Positions 20,235 to 28,658 of a DNA stretch of 39,728 nt are shown here, in pieces. The translations under genes and the position numbers were made by a program. Below the pieces are notes generated by a model. It was not told the DNA's origin and did not search any database. It saw nothing but the letters and a program-made list of their open reading frames with translations. Position 1 is the stretch's first letter, and each line of letters begins with the position of its first letter. The stretch lies in NCBI GenBank assembly GCA_965648915.1, contig CBFGIV010000019.1, forward strand, positions 1 to 39,728, read 5' to 3'. The DNA is from a candidate division WOR-3 bacterium. Lineage in GTDB: Bacteria > Hydrothermota > Tepidihabitantia > SM23-42 > CAYGYG01.

Positions 20235-21014
20235 CTACAGGTTTTTCTTTACATATCCTACCGCATTCCTGAATATCTTCATTCCATCTCCCTCTTCAGG
20301 GAGTTTTTTACGAGTATGAAAAGGATTCTGCAGATAGGTTATGTGCCTTTCAGGATGGGGCATCATCCCCATTATCCTTCCGGTCTTATCACATATTGCG
20401 GCAATATGGTCTATCGAGCCGTTCGGATTTATCGGATAACCTCCATATCGACCATCTTCACTGACATATTTAAAGACAATACAGTCCTGTCTCTTCAACT
20501 CCTCCAGCACCCTCTTGTTCCCGGGCATAAACTTGCCTTCGGCATGGGCAACGGGTAAGAAGATATTTTCTTTTAAGTTATCAGTAAATACACAATTCTT
20601 TGAAACCGGTTTTAAATAAACCCACCGGTCCTCAAATCTGCCTGAATCATTCCAGACCAGAGTTGCCTCCTGACGCCGGAAATAGCCCCGAAGAGCCGGT
20701 AACAGTCCGGCCTTGACCAGTACCTGAAAGCCATTACAGATCCCGAGAATCAACTTTCCATCTTCAATAAACTTAAGTAACGGCTCTTTCAACTTATGAA
20801 TCATCTCATTGGCAAGAATCTTTCCGGCTGAAATATCATCACCATAGGTAAATCCACCCGGTATGACAAGAATTTGATGCTCTTTTAATGTCTCTGCCTT
20901 GATCTGGTTGATGTGGAGGCGTGAAGTCAGCGCTCCGGCCTGTTCAAATGCAAACTGAGTTTCAATATCACAGTTTGTGCCGGCGGTTCTTAAGACCAGG
21001 ACTCTGGGATTCAT
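20235..21014 (-). CDS. purQ: Phosphoribosylformylglycinamidine synthase glutaminase subunit
   Basis: GTNCD, PGGFTYGD, GICNGFQ, AHAEG, MMPHPER. Confidence 0.95.
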   Translation of the reverse strand: MNPRVLVLRTAGTNCDIETQFAFEQAGALTSRLHINQIKAETLKEHQILVIPGGFTYGDDISAGKILANEMIHKLKEPLLKFIEDGKLILGICNGFQVLVKAGLLPALRGYFRRQEATLVWNDSGRFEDRWVYLKPVSKNCVFTDNLKENIFLPVAHAEGKFMPGNKRVLEELKRQDCIVFKYVSEDGRYGGYPINPNGSIDHIAAICDKTGRIMGMMPHPERHITYLQNPFHTRKKLPEEGDGMKIFRNAVGYVKKNL

Positions 21015-21143
21015 TGGCGAATATTATTAAAAAACCTTTTAATAAATCAGCCGAGTCCGTCGCTCGGTGTGCTCAATCTCAGGTTATACTCCAGGCGGCA
21101 GAGACTATTTTTGGCTTCTTTTGTCCAAAACATCCCGGTGAAC

Positions 21144-22166
21144 TTATTTTGCCTTGAGGCCCAACCTCGAATAATATCTTTTATAGAATTTCTTATACTC
21201 ACCCGATTTGGCATGCGCCACCCACTCAGGATTCTTTATGTACCAGTCAATGGTCAATGAAATCCCTTTTTCAAAGTCAAACTCGGGCTCAAACCCGAGG
21301 TTGTGTTTGATCTTGGTCGTATCGAGGGCATAACGGCGATCGTGTCCTGGTCGATCTGCAACATACTGGACCAGACGCGTCGACCTCCTCAATTTTTTTA
21401 AGATCAATCTAATGACATCGATATTATGCCTTTCGCAATTACCCCCAATATTATAAATCTGACCGACCTCTCCCTGATGGAGGACAAGGTCTATTGCCCG
21501 GCAATTATCAATGACATAAAGCCAGTCCCGGACATTCATTCCATCACCGTAGACCGGTATCTTTTTATTCTCTAAGGCATTAGTAATTACCAGTGGTATT
21601 AACTTCTCGGGAAATTGATAGGGACCATAATTATTTGAAGAACGGGTAATTATCACCGGCAATTTGTGCGTCCGGTAATACGAGAGCACAAGCAGATCAG
21701 CCGAAGCCTTGCTGGCGGCATAGACACTCGATGGTTGAAGACGATCATCCTCCTTAAAAGAACCATGGAGAATTGAACCATAGACCTCATCGGTTGAGAT
21801 CTGAACAAAACGCTTAACATCAAATTCCAGTGATAAATCAAGGAGGGTTGCAACCCCGAGAATATTGGTTTTGATAAATGGCGCAGGATTAATTATACTC
21901 CGATCAACATGGGACTCGGCGGCAAAATTTACCACCGCATCAAACTTCACCCGGCCAAATATCTTCTTGAGACTCTTACCATCACTGATGTCCCCCTTGA
22001 TAAACCTATAATTCTTATTCTTACTGACACCAGCAAGGTTCTCTAAATTACCGGCATAGGTTAGCTTATCCAGATTGAAGATCTTATAAGAACGATGCTT
22101 GGCGAGCATAAAGTGAATGAAATTGGAGCCGATAAAACCTGCGCCACCGGTAATCAAGATCTTCAA
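21144..22166 (-). CDS. rfbB: dTDP-glucose 4,6-dehydratase
   Basis: TGGAGFIG, DKLTYAGN, AAESHVDRS, STDEVYG, YAASK, DRPGHDRRY. Confidence 0.95.
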   Translation of the reverse strand: MKILITGGAGFIGSNFIHFMLAKHRSYKIFNLDKLTYAGNLENLAGVSKNKNYRFIKGDISDGKSLKKIFGRVKFDAVVNFAAESHVDRSIINPAPFIKTNILGVATLLDLSLEFDVKRFVQISTDEVYGSILHGSFKEDDRLQPSSVYAASKASADLLVLSYYRTHKLPVIITRSSNNYGPYQFPEKLIPLVITNALENKKIPVYGDGMNVRDWLYVIDNCRAIDLVLHQGEVGQIYNIGGNCERHNIDVIRLILKKLRRSTRLVQYVADRPGHDRRYALDTTKIKHNLGFEPEFDFEKGISLTIDWYIKNPEWVAHAKSGEYKKFYKRYYSRLGLKAK

Positions 22167-22171
22167 TTTAT

Positions 22172-22660
22172 CTATCCATCCTTACGGGTCCAGTCATAAG
22201 GGATACCACCCGTATGGGGGTCTTTACGATATTCATCAGGGTTGGTATAATCATAGAGTTCGGTTGGCACATTGACCATTATCGCTTCGGTTTCACTGAT
22301 GCACTTGAATCCATGCCAGACCAGCCTCGGGATGTGAATCAGAAGGGGATTATGTTCGCCAACAAAAAATTCATTGATGATGCCTTTGGTCGGACTGCCT
22401 TCCCTTTCATCATAAAGCACGATCTTGGCCATTCCCTTAATTACGGTCATATTATCATTCTGAATCTTATGGTAGTGCCAGCCTTTAACCACACCCGGGT
22501 AAGTGGTGGTTATATAGACCTGGCCAAACTTTTCAAAAGATTCATCATCGGCGCGCAAGATCTCCATCAATCGACCCCGTTCATCAGGCAGAAGGCGCAG
22601 CCTTTTGACCTTTACGCCATCGATCAGTTGCTTACCTTTGAAACCAATAATCTCTTTCAT
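22172..22660 (-). CDS. rfbC: dTDP-4-dehydrorhamnose 3,5-epimerase family cupin
   Basis: DERG.L.E, KGWHYH, WHGF; lies between rfbA and rfbB. Confidence 0.85.
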   Translation of the reverse strand: MKEIIGFKGKQLIDGVKVKRLRLLPDERGRLMEILRADDESFEKFGQVYITTTYPGVVKGWHYHKIQNDNMTVIKGMAKIVLYDEREGSPTKGIINEFFVGEHNPLLIHIPRLVWHGFKCISETEAIMVNVPTELYDYTNPDEYRKDPHTGGIPYDWTRKDG

Positions 22661-23727
22661 TATTTTACCAGTTCGATATAACTCTGGTCACCCACGGTAA
22701 ATCGATAAGTCCGGGGCGATTGGTCCTTTTGAGTAATTGTAACGCCCTTCCCGATTACGCTCCGATCGATCCTGTTTTTCACCTTGATTATCTTAGAGTT
22801 TTCCATAACGATACTGCATTCGACTTCGGAATCCTCAATAACAACATCATCACCAATTGCACTGAAAGGGCCGATATAGGAATGTCTGATCTTCGCATTT
22901 CGACCGATGATCGTCGGACCGCGTATCGTTGAGTCTTCAATTATTGTACCGGCTTCGATTCGCACTTTACCCGAGACATCGGTATTGAGCAACTTACCAT
23001 CATTCAAAGGGGCAAGGTCCTCAAGCACGAGGAGATTGGCCTCGATAATATCCTCGGGTTTACCCGTATCTTTCCACCAGCCTTTAACCAGATGGGATTC
23101 GACTCGATAGCCATTGTCGAGTAACCACTGGATAGCATCGGTAATCTCCAGTTCATTGCGCCAGGAAGGTTTAATATTATTTATCGCGGTAAAAATATTC
23201 TGATCAAACATATAGATACCAACCAGGGCCAGATCCGATGGCGGCTCTTTCGGTTTCTCGATCAATCTCTGGACAACACCCCTCTCATCAACAACCGCAA
23301 CACCAAAATCCTGCGGGTTTTTTACTTTAGTTAAAAGGATCAGGGCATTCGGACTTTTCTGCCTGAAGTCGGTTACTAAATTTTTTATATTCTCTTTTAA
23401 GAGATTATCACCGAGATACATAATGAATGGGTCGCTTTTCAAAAAATCCCGGGCAATCTTAATTGCGTGGGCGAGCCCGAGCGGTGCCTCCTGCTCGATA
23501 TAGGTAACCTTAACACCAAACTTTGAACCGTCGCCGATTTTATCAATGATGTCGCGTTTAGTTTCGCCTACGACAATACCGATATCTTTTATATCCGCCG
23601 CCCTGAGGTTTTCAATTACATAAAAGAGGATCGGTTTATTGGCAACCGGGATAAGTTGTTTGGCACCGGTATAGGTAAGTGGCCTCAGTCTTGTTCCAAA
23701 ACCACCGGCCAGAATCAACCCTTTCAT
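22660..23727 (-). CDS. rfbA: Glucose-1-phosphate thymidylyltransferase, long form
   Basis: LAGGFGTRLRPLT..KQL.PV.NKP, EKP, ELEITDA, WWKDTG; C-terminal beta-helix repeats. Confidence 0.93.
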   Translation of the reverse strand: MKGLILAGGFGTRLRPLTYTGAKQLIPVANKPILFYVIENLRAADIKDIGIVVGETKRDIIDKIGDGSKFGVKVTYIEQEAPLGLAHAIKIARDFLKSDPFIMYLGDNLLKENIKNLVTDFRQKSPNALILLTKVKNPQDFGVAVVDERGVVQRLIEKPKEPPSDLALVGIYMFDQNIFTAINNIKPSWRNELEITDAIQWLLDNGYRVESHLVKGWWKDTGKPEDIIEANLLVLEDLAPLNDGKLLNTDVSGKVRIEAGTIIEDSTIRGPTIIGRNAKIRHSYIGPFSAIGDDVVIEDSEVECSIVMENSKIIKVKNRIDRSVIGKGVTITQKDQSPRTYRFTVGDQSYIELVK

Positions 23728-23732
23728 ATCTA

Positions 23733-23760
23733 ATTATAATCGGATATTGAGCAAAGTCAA
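23733..23760 (-). promoter_or_regulatory. sigma70-like leaderless promoter of the rfbACB operon
   Basis: TTGACT-N16-TATAAT, 5 nt before ATG 23727. Confidence 0.72.
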
Positions 23761-23777
23761 GCGATGATATAGAGTAA

Positions 23778-23805
23778 TTGACCGGACAAAAAATTTAAGT
23801 ATAAT
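23778..23805 (+). promoter_or_regulatory. sigma70-like leaderless promoter of the ArsR gene
   Basis: TTGACC-N16-TATAAT, 5 nt before ATG 23811. Confidence 0.72.
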
Positions 23806-23810
23806 TTCTT

Positions 23811-24122
23811 ATGACCAGGAAGAAGATTCCAGAAAATCACTATCGGGCATCAAGGGTTTGCCGGATCCTGGGTAACCCTACCGCCTACGAAGTACTGCAT
23901 ATCTTAGCCAGGGGAGAAAAAACGCCAACTGAACTGGCATCGATCTTAGGTGTGCGTGTGCCAACTGTATCTCAAGTGCTCCGGTCGTTACGTCAACTGG
24001 ATCTAATTCGCTACGATGTCAGATTTAACGAGAGGGTCTACTGGATTAAAGAGGATGCCATCGTTTCAATCCTCGAGATGTTTGATGACTTAATAAAAAG
24101 AATTAGAACCGAAGATTATTGA
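23811..24122 (+). CDS. ArsR/SmtB-family winged-helix regulator
   Basis: LGNPT..VL..L..TPTELA..LGV..PTVSQVL..LR..LI pattern, 103 aa. Confidence 0.85.
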   Translation: MTRKKIPENHYRASRVCRILGNPTAYEVLHILARGEKTPTELASILGVRVPTVSQVLRSLRQLDLIRYDVRFNERVYWIKEDAIVSILEMFDDLIKRIRTEDY

Positions 24123-24128
24123 TCATCT

Positions 24129-24160
24129 TTTCATATTTAGGCAATTGCCTAAATACGAAA
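24129..24160. promoter_or_regulatory. Long palindrome, candidate operator
   Basis: Perfect 22-bp TATTTAGGCAATTGCCTAAATA (24134-24155), extendable to 32 bp with one mismatch. Confidence 0.55.
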
Positions 24161-24235
24161 TTGCGAATGTAAGTTAAATTAATAAGGTAGTCTCAAGGCT
24201 GGTCAAGAGTTTGAGGTCAATCAAAAGGAGCAGAT

Positions 24236-26137
24236 ATGAAGAGTAAAGATGAATTTTCACCCTTTATCCCAGCAGAAAAGAGTGTATCAGAATTTACCAT
24301 CCGGGCGATTGTCTTAGGTAGTATCCTGGCCATAGTCTTTGGTCTGGCCAATGCCTATCTCGGCCTTAAAGTCGGGATGACGGTCTCGGCCTCGATCCCG
24401 GCAGCGGTCATCTCGATGGCAATTCTGCGGGGAATCTTTAAGACCGGGACAATCTTAGAAAATAATATCGTCCAGACAATCGGATCTTCAGGCGAATCAC
24501 TGGCCGCTGGTGTTATCTTCACCATTCCCGCCTTTTTTATGTGGAACTTCTTCCCTTCGTCCTGGACCATTATTATAATTTCTCTACTCGGTGGTTTTCT
24601 GGGCATACTCTTTATGATCCCTCTGCGCCGTTATCTCATTGTCCAGGAGCATAAGACCCTGCCTTATCCTGAAGGGACTGCCTGTGCCGAGATATTAGAG
24701 GCCGGCGATACTGGCGGGACCAGAGCCCGGATTGTCTTTTCTGGCGTTGGTCTGGCCGCGCTCTACAAATTTTTAATGAGCGGACTTAAACTCTGGAAAG
24801 AGACACCGGGCTGGTTGATCAAGAATTTTAAGGGCCTTGAAATCGGTCTCGATGCAACACCGGCTCTGCTCGGTGTCGGTTTCATCATCGGCCCGCGCAT
24901 CGCTTCATTTATGCTGGCCGGTGCTGTTCTGGGTTATCTCGTCATCAGTCCCTTGATCGCCTTTATCGGCAGCCATCTCACCATCCCGATCCCGCCGGCA
25001 CCTGATCCGATCGCAATTCTATCCCCGGCTGAGATCCGCAGTTACTATATAAGGTATATTGGCGCAGGGGGAGTGGCCGTGGGCGGACTGCTCAGTCTGA
25101 TCCGTGCCTGCCCGGTCGTCTATCACTGCTTTAAGGCCGGTTTTCTCGAGATGACAAAAGGTTTTAAGTTATTACCAGATAAAGATTTAAGACGCACGGA
25201 CAAAGATCTGCCGATGCCCGTTGTGATTGCGGGCTCGATATTGATTGCGGTGATTCTATTTCTGATCCCCCAGACAAAGATTAACCTTATCGGTGCGCTA
25301 TTGGTCATCGCCTTCAGTTTCTTCTTTGTGACGGTTGCCTCGAGGATTGTTGGTATCGTCGGCAGTTCCTCAAGTCCGGTTTCGGGGATGACGATTGCCA
25401 CACTCCTGGTAACCTCTCTTATTTACGCGGCATTTGGCTGGAAAGGTCTGCCGGGAATGATTGGTGCAATGTCTGTCGGCAGTGTTGTCTGCATTGCCAT
25501 CTGTATGGCCGGTGATGCTTCCCAGGATTTGAAAACCGGCTTTCTCGTTGGTGCAACACCATATTATCAGCAGATCGCAGAATTTCTCGGTGTCCTGATC
25601 CCCTGCTTCTTTATGGGTGGAGTCTTGATGCTCCTCCACCGAACGATGGTCATCGGTTCGGATAGACTGCCTGCACCCCAGGCAACCTTAATGTCTTTTG
25701 TCGTGAAAGGTGTCCTGACCGGTACCCTGCCCTGGACATTTGTCATTCTCGGGATATTAATCGGTTTTGCAGTTGAACTACTTGGTATATCGGCACTACC
25801 ATTCGCCATCGGCCTTTATCTACCCTTTTCTCTATCCGCACCAATAATGGTTGGTGCGATTATCAATCTCGTCATCTCCTCGAGTGTGAAACCGGAAATG
25901 GCAAAAAGCTGTGAAGAGCGTGGAATATTATTCTCATCGGGTCTGGTTGCGGGAGATGCCCTGGTCGGTGTAATAATTGCCTTTCTCATCAGCATCCCGG
26001 CCTTAAACCGTATTTATGAAAATTTACCGACCGCCCTCTGGCTTGGTAAATTTGCCGATATTGGCTCGCTGGTAATATTTCTTATCATTGGTTTTATCCT
26101 CTGGCTCGTAACTAGAGCAAAAAAAGAAAGCGGGTAA
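24236..26137 (+). CDS. OPT-family oligopeptide or metal-chelate transporter
   Basis: YLGLKVG.TVSASIPAAVI, ENNIVQT, LPYPEGTACA, QDLKTG, APQATLM; AAGGAG SD. Confidence 0.93.
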   Translation: MKSKDEFSPFIPAEKSVSEFTIRAIVLGSILAIVFGLANAYLGLKVGMTVSASIPAAVISMAILRGIFKTGTILENNIVQTIGSSGESLAAGVIFTIPAFFMWNFFPSSWTIIIISLLGGFLGILFMIPLRRYLIVQEHKTLPYPEGTACAEILEAGDTGGTRARIVFSGVGLAALYKFLMSGLKLWKETPGWLIKNFKGLEIGLDATPALLGVGFIIGPRIASFMLAGAVLGYLVISPLIAFIGSHLTIPIPPAPDPIAILSPAEIRSYYIRYIGAGGVAVGGLLSLIRACPVVYHCFKAGFLEMTKGFKLLPDKDLRRTDKDLPMPVVIAGSILIAVILFLIPQTKINLIGALLVIAFSFFFVTVASRIVGIVGSSSSPVSGMTIATLLVTSLIYAAFGWKGLPGMIGAMSVGSVVCIAICMAGDASQDLKTGFLVGATPYYQQIAEFLGVLIPCFFMGGVLMLLHRTMVIGSDRLPAPQATLMSFVVKGVLTGTLPWTFVILGILIGFAVELLGISALPFAIGLYLPFSLSAPIMVGAIINLVISSSVKPEMAKSCEERGILFSSGLVAGDALVGVIIAFLISIPALNRIYENLPTALWLGKFADIGSLVIFLIIGFILWLVTRAKKESG

Positions 26138-26150
26138 TTTTATTAGAAAT

Positions 26151-26189
26151 AAAAAAGGGGCTGGCAAAGCCAGCCCCTTTACTTCTTTA
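26151..26189. terminator. Bidirectional intrinsic terminator
   Basis: AAAGGGGCTGGC-aaa-GCCAGCCCCTTT flanked by A and T tracts between convergent genes. Confidence 0.85.
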
Positions 26190-26194
26190 TTCAG

Positions 26195-27967
26195 CTACTT
26201 GATAATCGTCATCGGTGTCGAAGAGCTACCATCCGGTGTCTCGAGATGAACAAAGTAGATGCCCGCTGGCAGGTTCTGGGTATTTAAGCGTAGAGTATGT
26301 TCACCCGCATTCTTTTGCATGTTTACAAGATTGCTTACCAGTCTTCCCGACGCGTCATAGAGGCTTATTTTGACCGGACCATTATTTTTGACCACATAAG
26401 TTAAACGCGCAAACTTGCTTGATGGATTGGGGGTTAATCTTCCAAGTTGTGTCAATCTATTTGCAGTCTCTTCTTCAATCTTATACCAGTCGCTGCGATC
26501 AAAGTAACAGGCTCGGTTTGGTCCGGTCCAGCGTGTATAGACAACACCATAACGGTTCGAACCGAGATATTCGATCGAGGGCTTGTCATAGTAAGGTTCG
26601 TAATCGGCAACCGATACCGGTGTTGTCCAACCGCCCGCATACCTTCGCCAGGTATAACGCTCTGACCGGGTTGACGTATAGTAACGATAGACGACACCGC
26701 AACCACCACCCTCGCGCAGCGCCACATCGGGAGACTCAGAAATAGTTGTTGTATCACCACCGATATTACCAAAATACCATGTTCCTGAACCAGCGGTGTA
26801 ATTAGTTAAATAACGAACATGGCCGGCCACCGGTCCTCGAAAGTCAAAAGCGGTTAAGATTGTATCGCGCCAGGCCGAGATTGCGTTGTAATCATTAAAT
26901 GTGCCAACTGGATACTGGATCAGCTTGGCATAGGTACCACTTGTGTTAAAACCGTCGATATGGATACTGTCACGATTGCTCGTATAGATAGTAAGGACCG
27001 GATAAGTTGCTGCTGCTTCATTCCAGCACCAATCCAATCCGTGATTTGCATAGTTCACACCCGTGGTCATTTCCACAAAACTCATGCAACTTGTATCATC
27101 CCAGAAAAACCTTGAATTGCCGCTCCGGGTCAGGACCGTGAAGTAAATCCGATTATTATATTCATCCTGGTTGCTGAAGAGAACTATTTCTTTCACCGAG
27201 TCATTGGTTGCGGTGTTAAAGGCAGTAACATAGGGTTGATTGCCCTGGAAATTAGACGGCTGGCCATTGCTCGTTAAGAACCGACGCAGACGCATATCGG
27301 TTAGTGTACTATTTCCTTGATAGCCAACCAGACAGTGGGACTGGACAATTGTGGCACCCATCGCAGTTAGGGGATAGTTAGCCCACCAGTCATAGGTTTC
27401 CGCCCAGGTCAGCCCACCATTGGTGGAGAGATAGACATCCCAGCGATTTGTATTGCCATCACCCGATAACAAGAGTATGGCAAAGAGATTGCCCGAGGCG
27501 CGATGAATGTCAAGGGCGTTAATCAGTACAGAATCTCTATTGCCGATCCTCACATCATTGCCCCACCAATTACCCTGAGCCTGGGTTGGTACCGGCACGC
27601 GCCAGGCATTGCCGATTGCCATTTCGTTAGCATTGGTTATTTTTGCCAGTTCCGGGAAGAGGGATAAGGCTTCGTTGAATTTGCCATTGTTCCAGAGATT
27701 CTCAATTCGGCGTGCCATATCCAGTGCCTGCTGGCTTGCATCAGCTTCAAGTTCAATACTGATTTGAGAGTTCTGCCGGTCAGCCAGAACCATCCGCTCG
27801 AGCGATTTCCAGACCGGTTCGTTTACAATAGGGGATTGCACGGTCGCATGATCCGTCCTTACATCACCGGTGCCGACATTGACCTTCATCCCGGGCACAT
27901 AAGGCCATTCGCTGGCCAGGACAAACGAGGCCAGGCATACCATTACCACCATTATACTTCTCTTCAT
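26195..27967 (-). CDS. Secreted protein with BNR/Asp-box propeller-like region and T9SS-like C-terminal domain
   Basis: Signal peptide; Asp-box-like STNGGLTW; CTD TPNP..LYDASGRLV..LPAGIYFV..MTIIK. Confidence 0.75.
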   Translation of the reverse strand: MKRSIMVVMVCLASFVLASEWPYVPGMKVNVGTGDVRTDHATVQSPIVNEPVWKSLERMVLADRQNSQISIELEADASQQALDMARRIENLWNNGKFNEALSLFPELAKITNANEMAIGNAWRVPVPTQAQGNWWGNDVRIGNRDSVLINALDIHRASGNLFAILLLSGDGNTNRWDVYLSTNGGLTWAETYDWWANYPLTAMGATIVQSHCLVGYQGNSTLTDMRLRRFLTSNGQPSNFQGNQPYVTAFNTATNDSVKEIVLFSNQDEYNNRIYFTVLTRSGNSRFFWDDTSCMSFVEMTTGVNYANHGLDWCWNEAAATYPVLTIYTSNRDSIHIDGFNTSGTYAKLIQYPVGTFNDYNAISAWRDTILTAFDFRGPVAGHVRYLTNYTAGSGTWYFGNIGGDTTTISESPDVALREGGGCGVVYRYYTSTRSERYTWRRYAGGWTTPVSVADYEPYYDKPSIEYLGSNRYGVVYTRWTGPNRACYFDRSDWYKIEEETANRLTQLGRLTPNPSSKFARLTYVVKNNGPVKISLYDASGRLVSNLVNMQKNAGEHTLRLNTQNLPAGIYFVHLETPDGSSSTPMTIIK

Positions 27968-28287
27968 CTTTTCTCCTTGATAACGACTTACTTTATAGGT
28001 CTATTTGTTGATGACGACTATTTGCTCTGCCAATCAACACGATAGATCCGTTTCATTTCCGGTTTCGCGGTGTCCCTTGTTCGATGGACTTTAGGTACTA
28101 ATCAGGTTTTTAAGTGCATCGCCAGAAGATGCCGTTAAAAACAGACACCTTGCCATAAATGCGCAATTGCGCAGCCCGACTAAAATCCCACTCCGGTAAG
28201 ACAAAAACCTTCAGGAATTAAACTCCTTAAGGAGATATTCTAAGTAAAATGGGTGTAACTCTTTTCCCGAATTAGAATAACTGATTA

Positions 28288-28315
28288 ATTATATCCCGAA
28301 TTTAAAAAAAGTCAA
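28288..28315 (-). promoter_or_regulatory. sigma70-like promoter implying an approximately 315-nt leader before 27967
   Basis: TTGACT-N16-TATAAT. Confidence 0.6.
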
Positions 28316-28554
28316 ATATTATTTTTAATTAACGGATCAGGACATTACTCCTCCCGGCTTTCAATCTCTTGACCAGGAATCCGGTGGCCATGACAAGAAT
28401 CAGGAGTGATTCACCTGGATTACAGGTAATGCCCGATAGGATCTCTGCATTTTACAGCGGATCAATTTCCCGGGCACGGTCGGACAGAACCAGCTAGTCA
28501 AATGATGTTTAAAATTTTGTAGTTTGATGATCACATTTTTCATCATTTCGTTAA

Positions 28555-28583
28555 TTGACAAAATGATAAATTGAGAATAAAAT
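28555..28583 (+). promoter_or_regulatory. sigma70-like promoter of the PQQ-repeat gene
   Basis: TTGACA-N17-TAAAAT. Confidence 0.55.
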
Positions 28584-28658
28584 ATGGCTGCCACTCAATT
28601 ATCTATTTGGGGAATAAAATTTGAATATGATTGTAAAATATTACAAAAGGAGATAAAG

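Noticed and set aside
21015..21143. ZMP/ZTP or purine riboswitch upstream of purQ; 28-aa ORF at 21047-21133 (-)
   Set aside because: Only a GCCGCCTGG fragment resembles the ZTP 3' part and the 5' consensus is missing; the small ORF has no SD and no recognisable content
28060..28095. T-box (AAGGGACACCGCG) or RNase P (AAAGTCC) similarity in the long leader
   Set aside because: The T-box UGGN bulge and terminator are absent; the RNase P GAGGAAAGTCC context and 3' signature are absent
28141..28155. sigma54 promoter TGGCAAGGTGTCTGT on the minus strand
   Set aside because: The -24 GG is present but the -12 element reads TGT rather than TGC
28584..28658. Longer N-terminus for the PQQ-repeat protein from ATG 28584
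   Set aside because: This ATG directly abuts the -10 box so is probably not transcribed; ATG 28659 has an SD and gives a clean signal peptide
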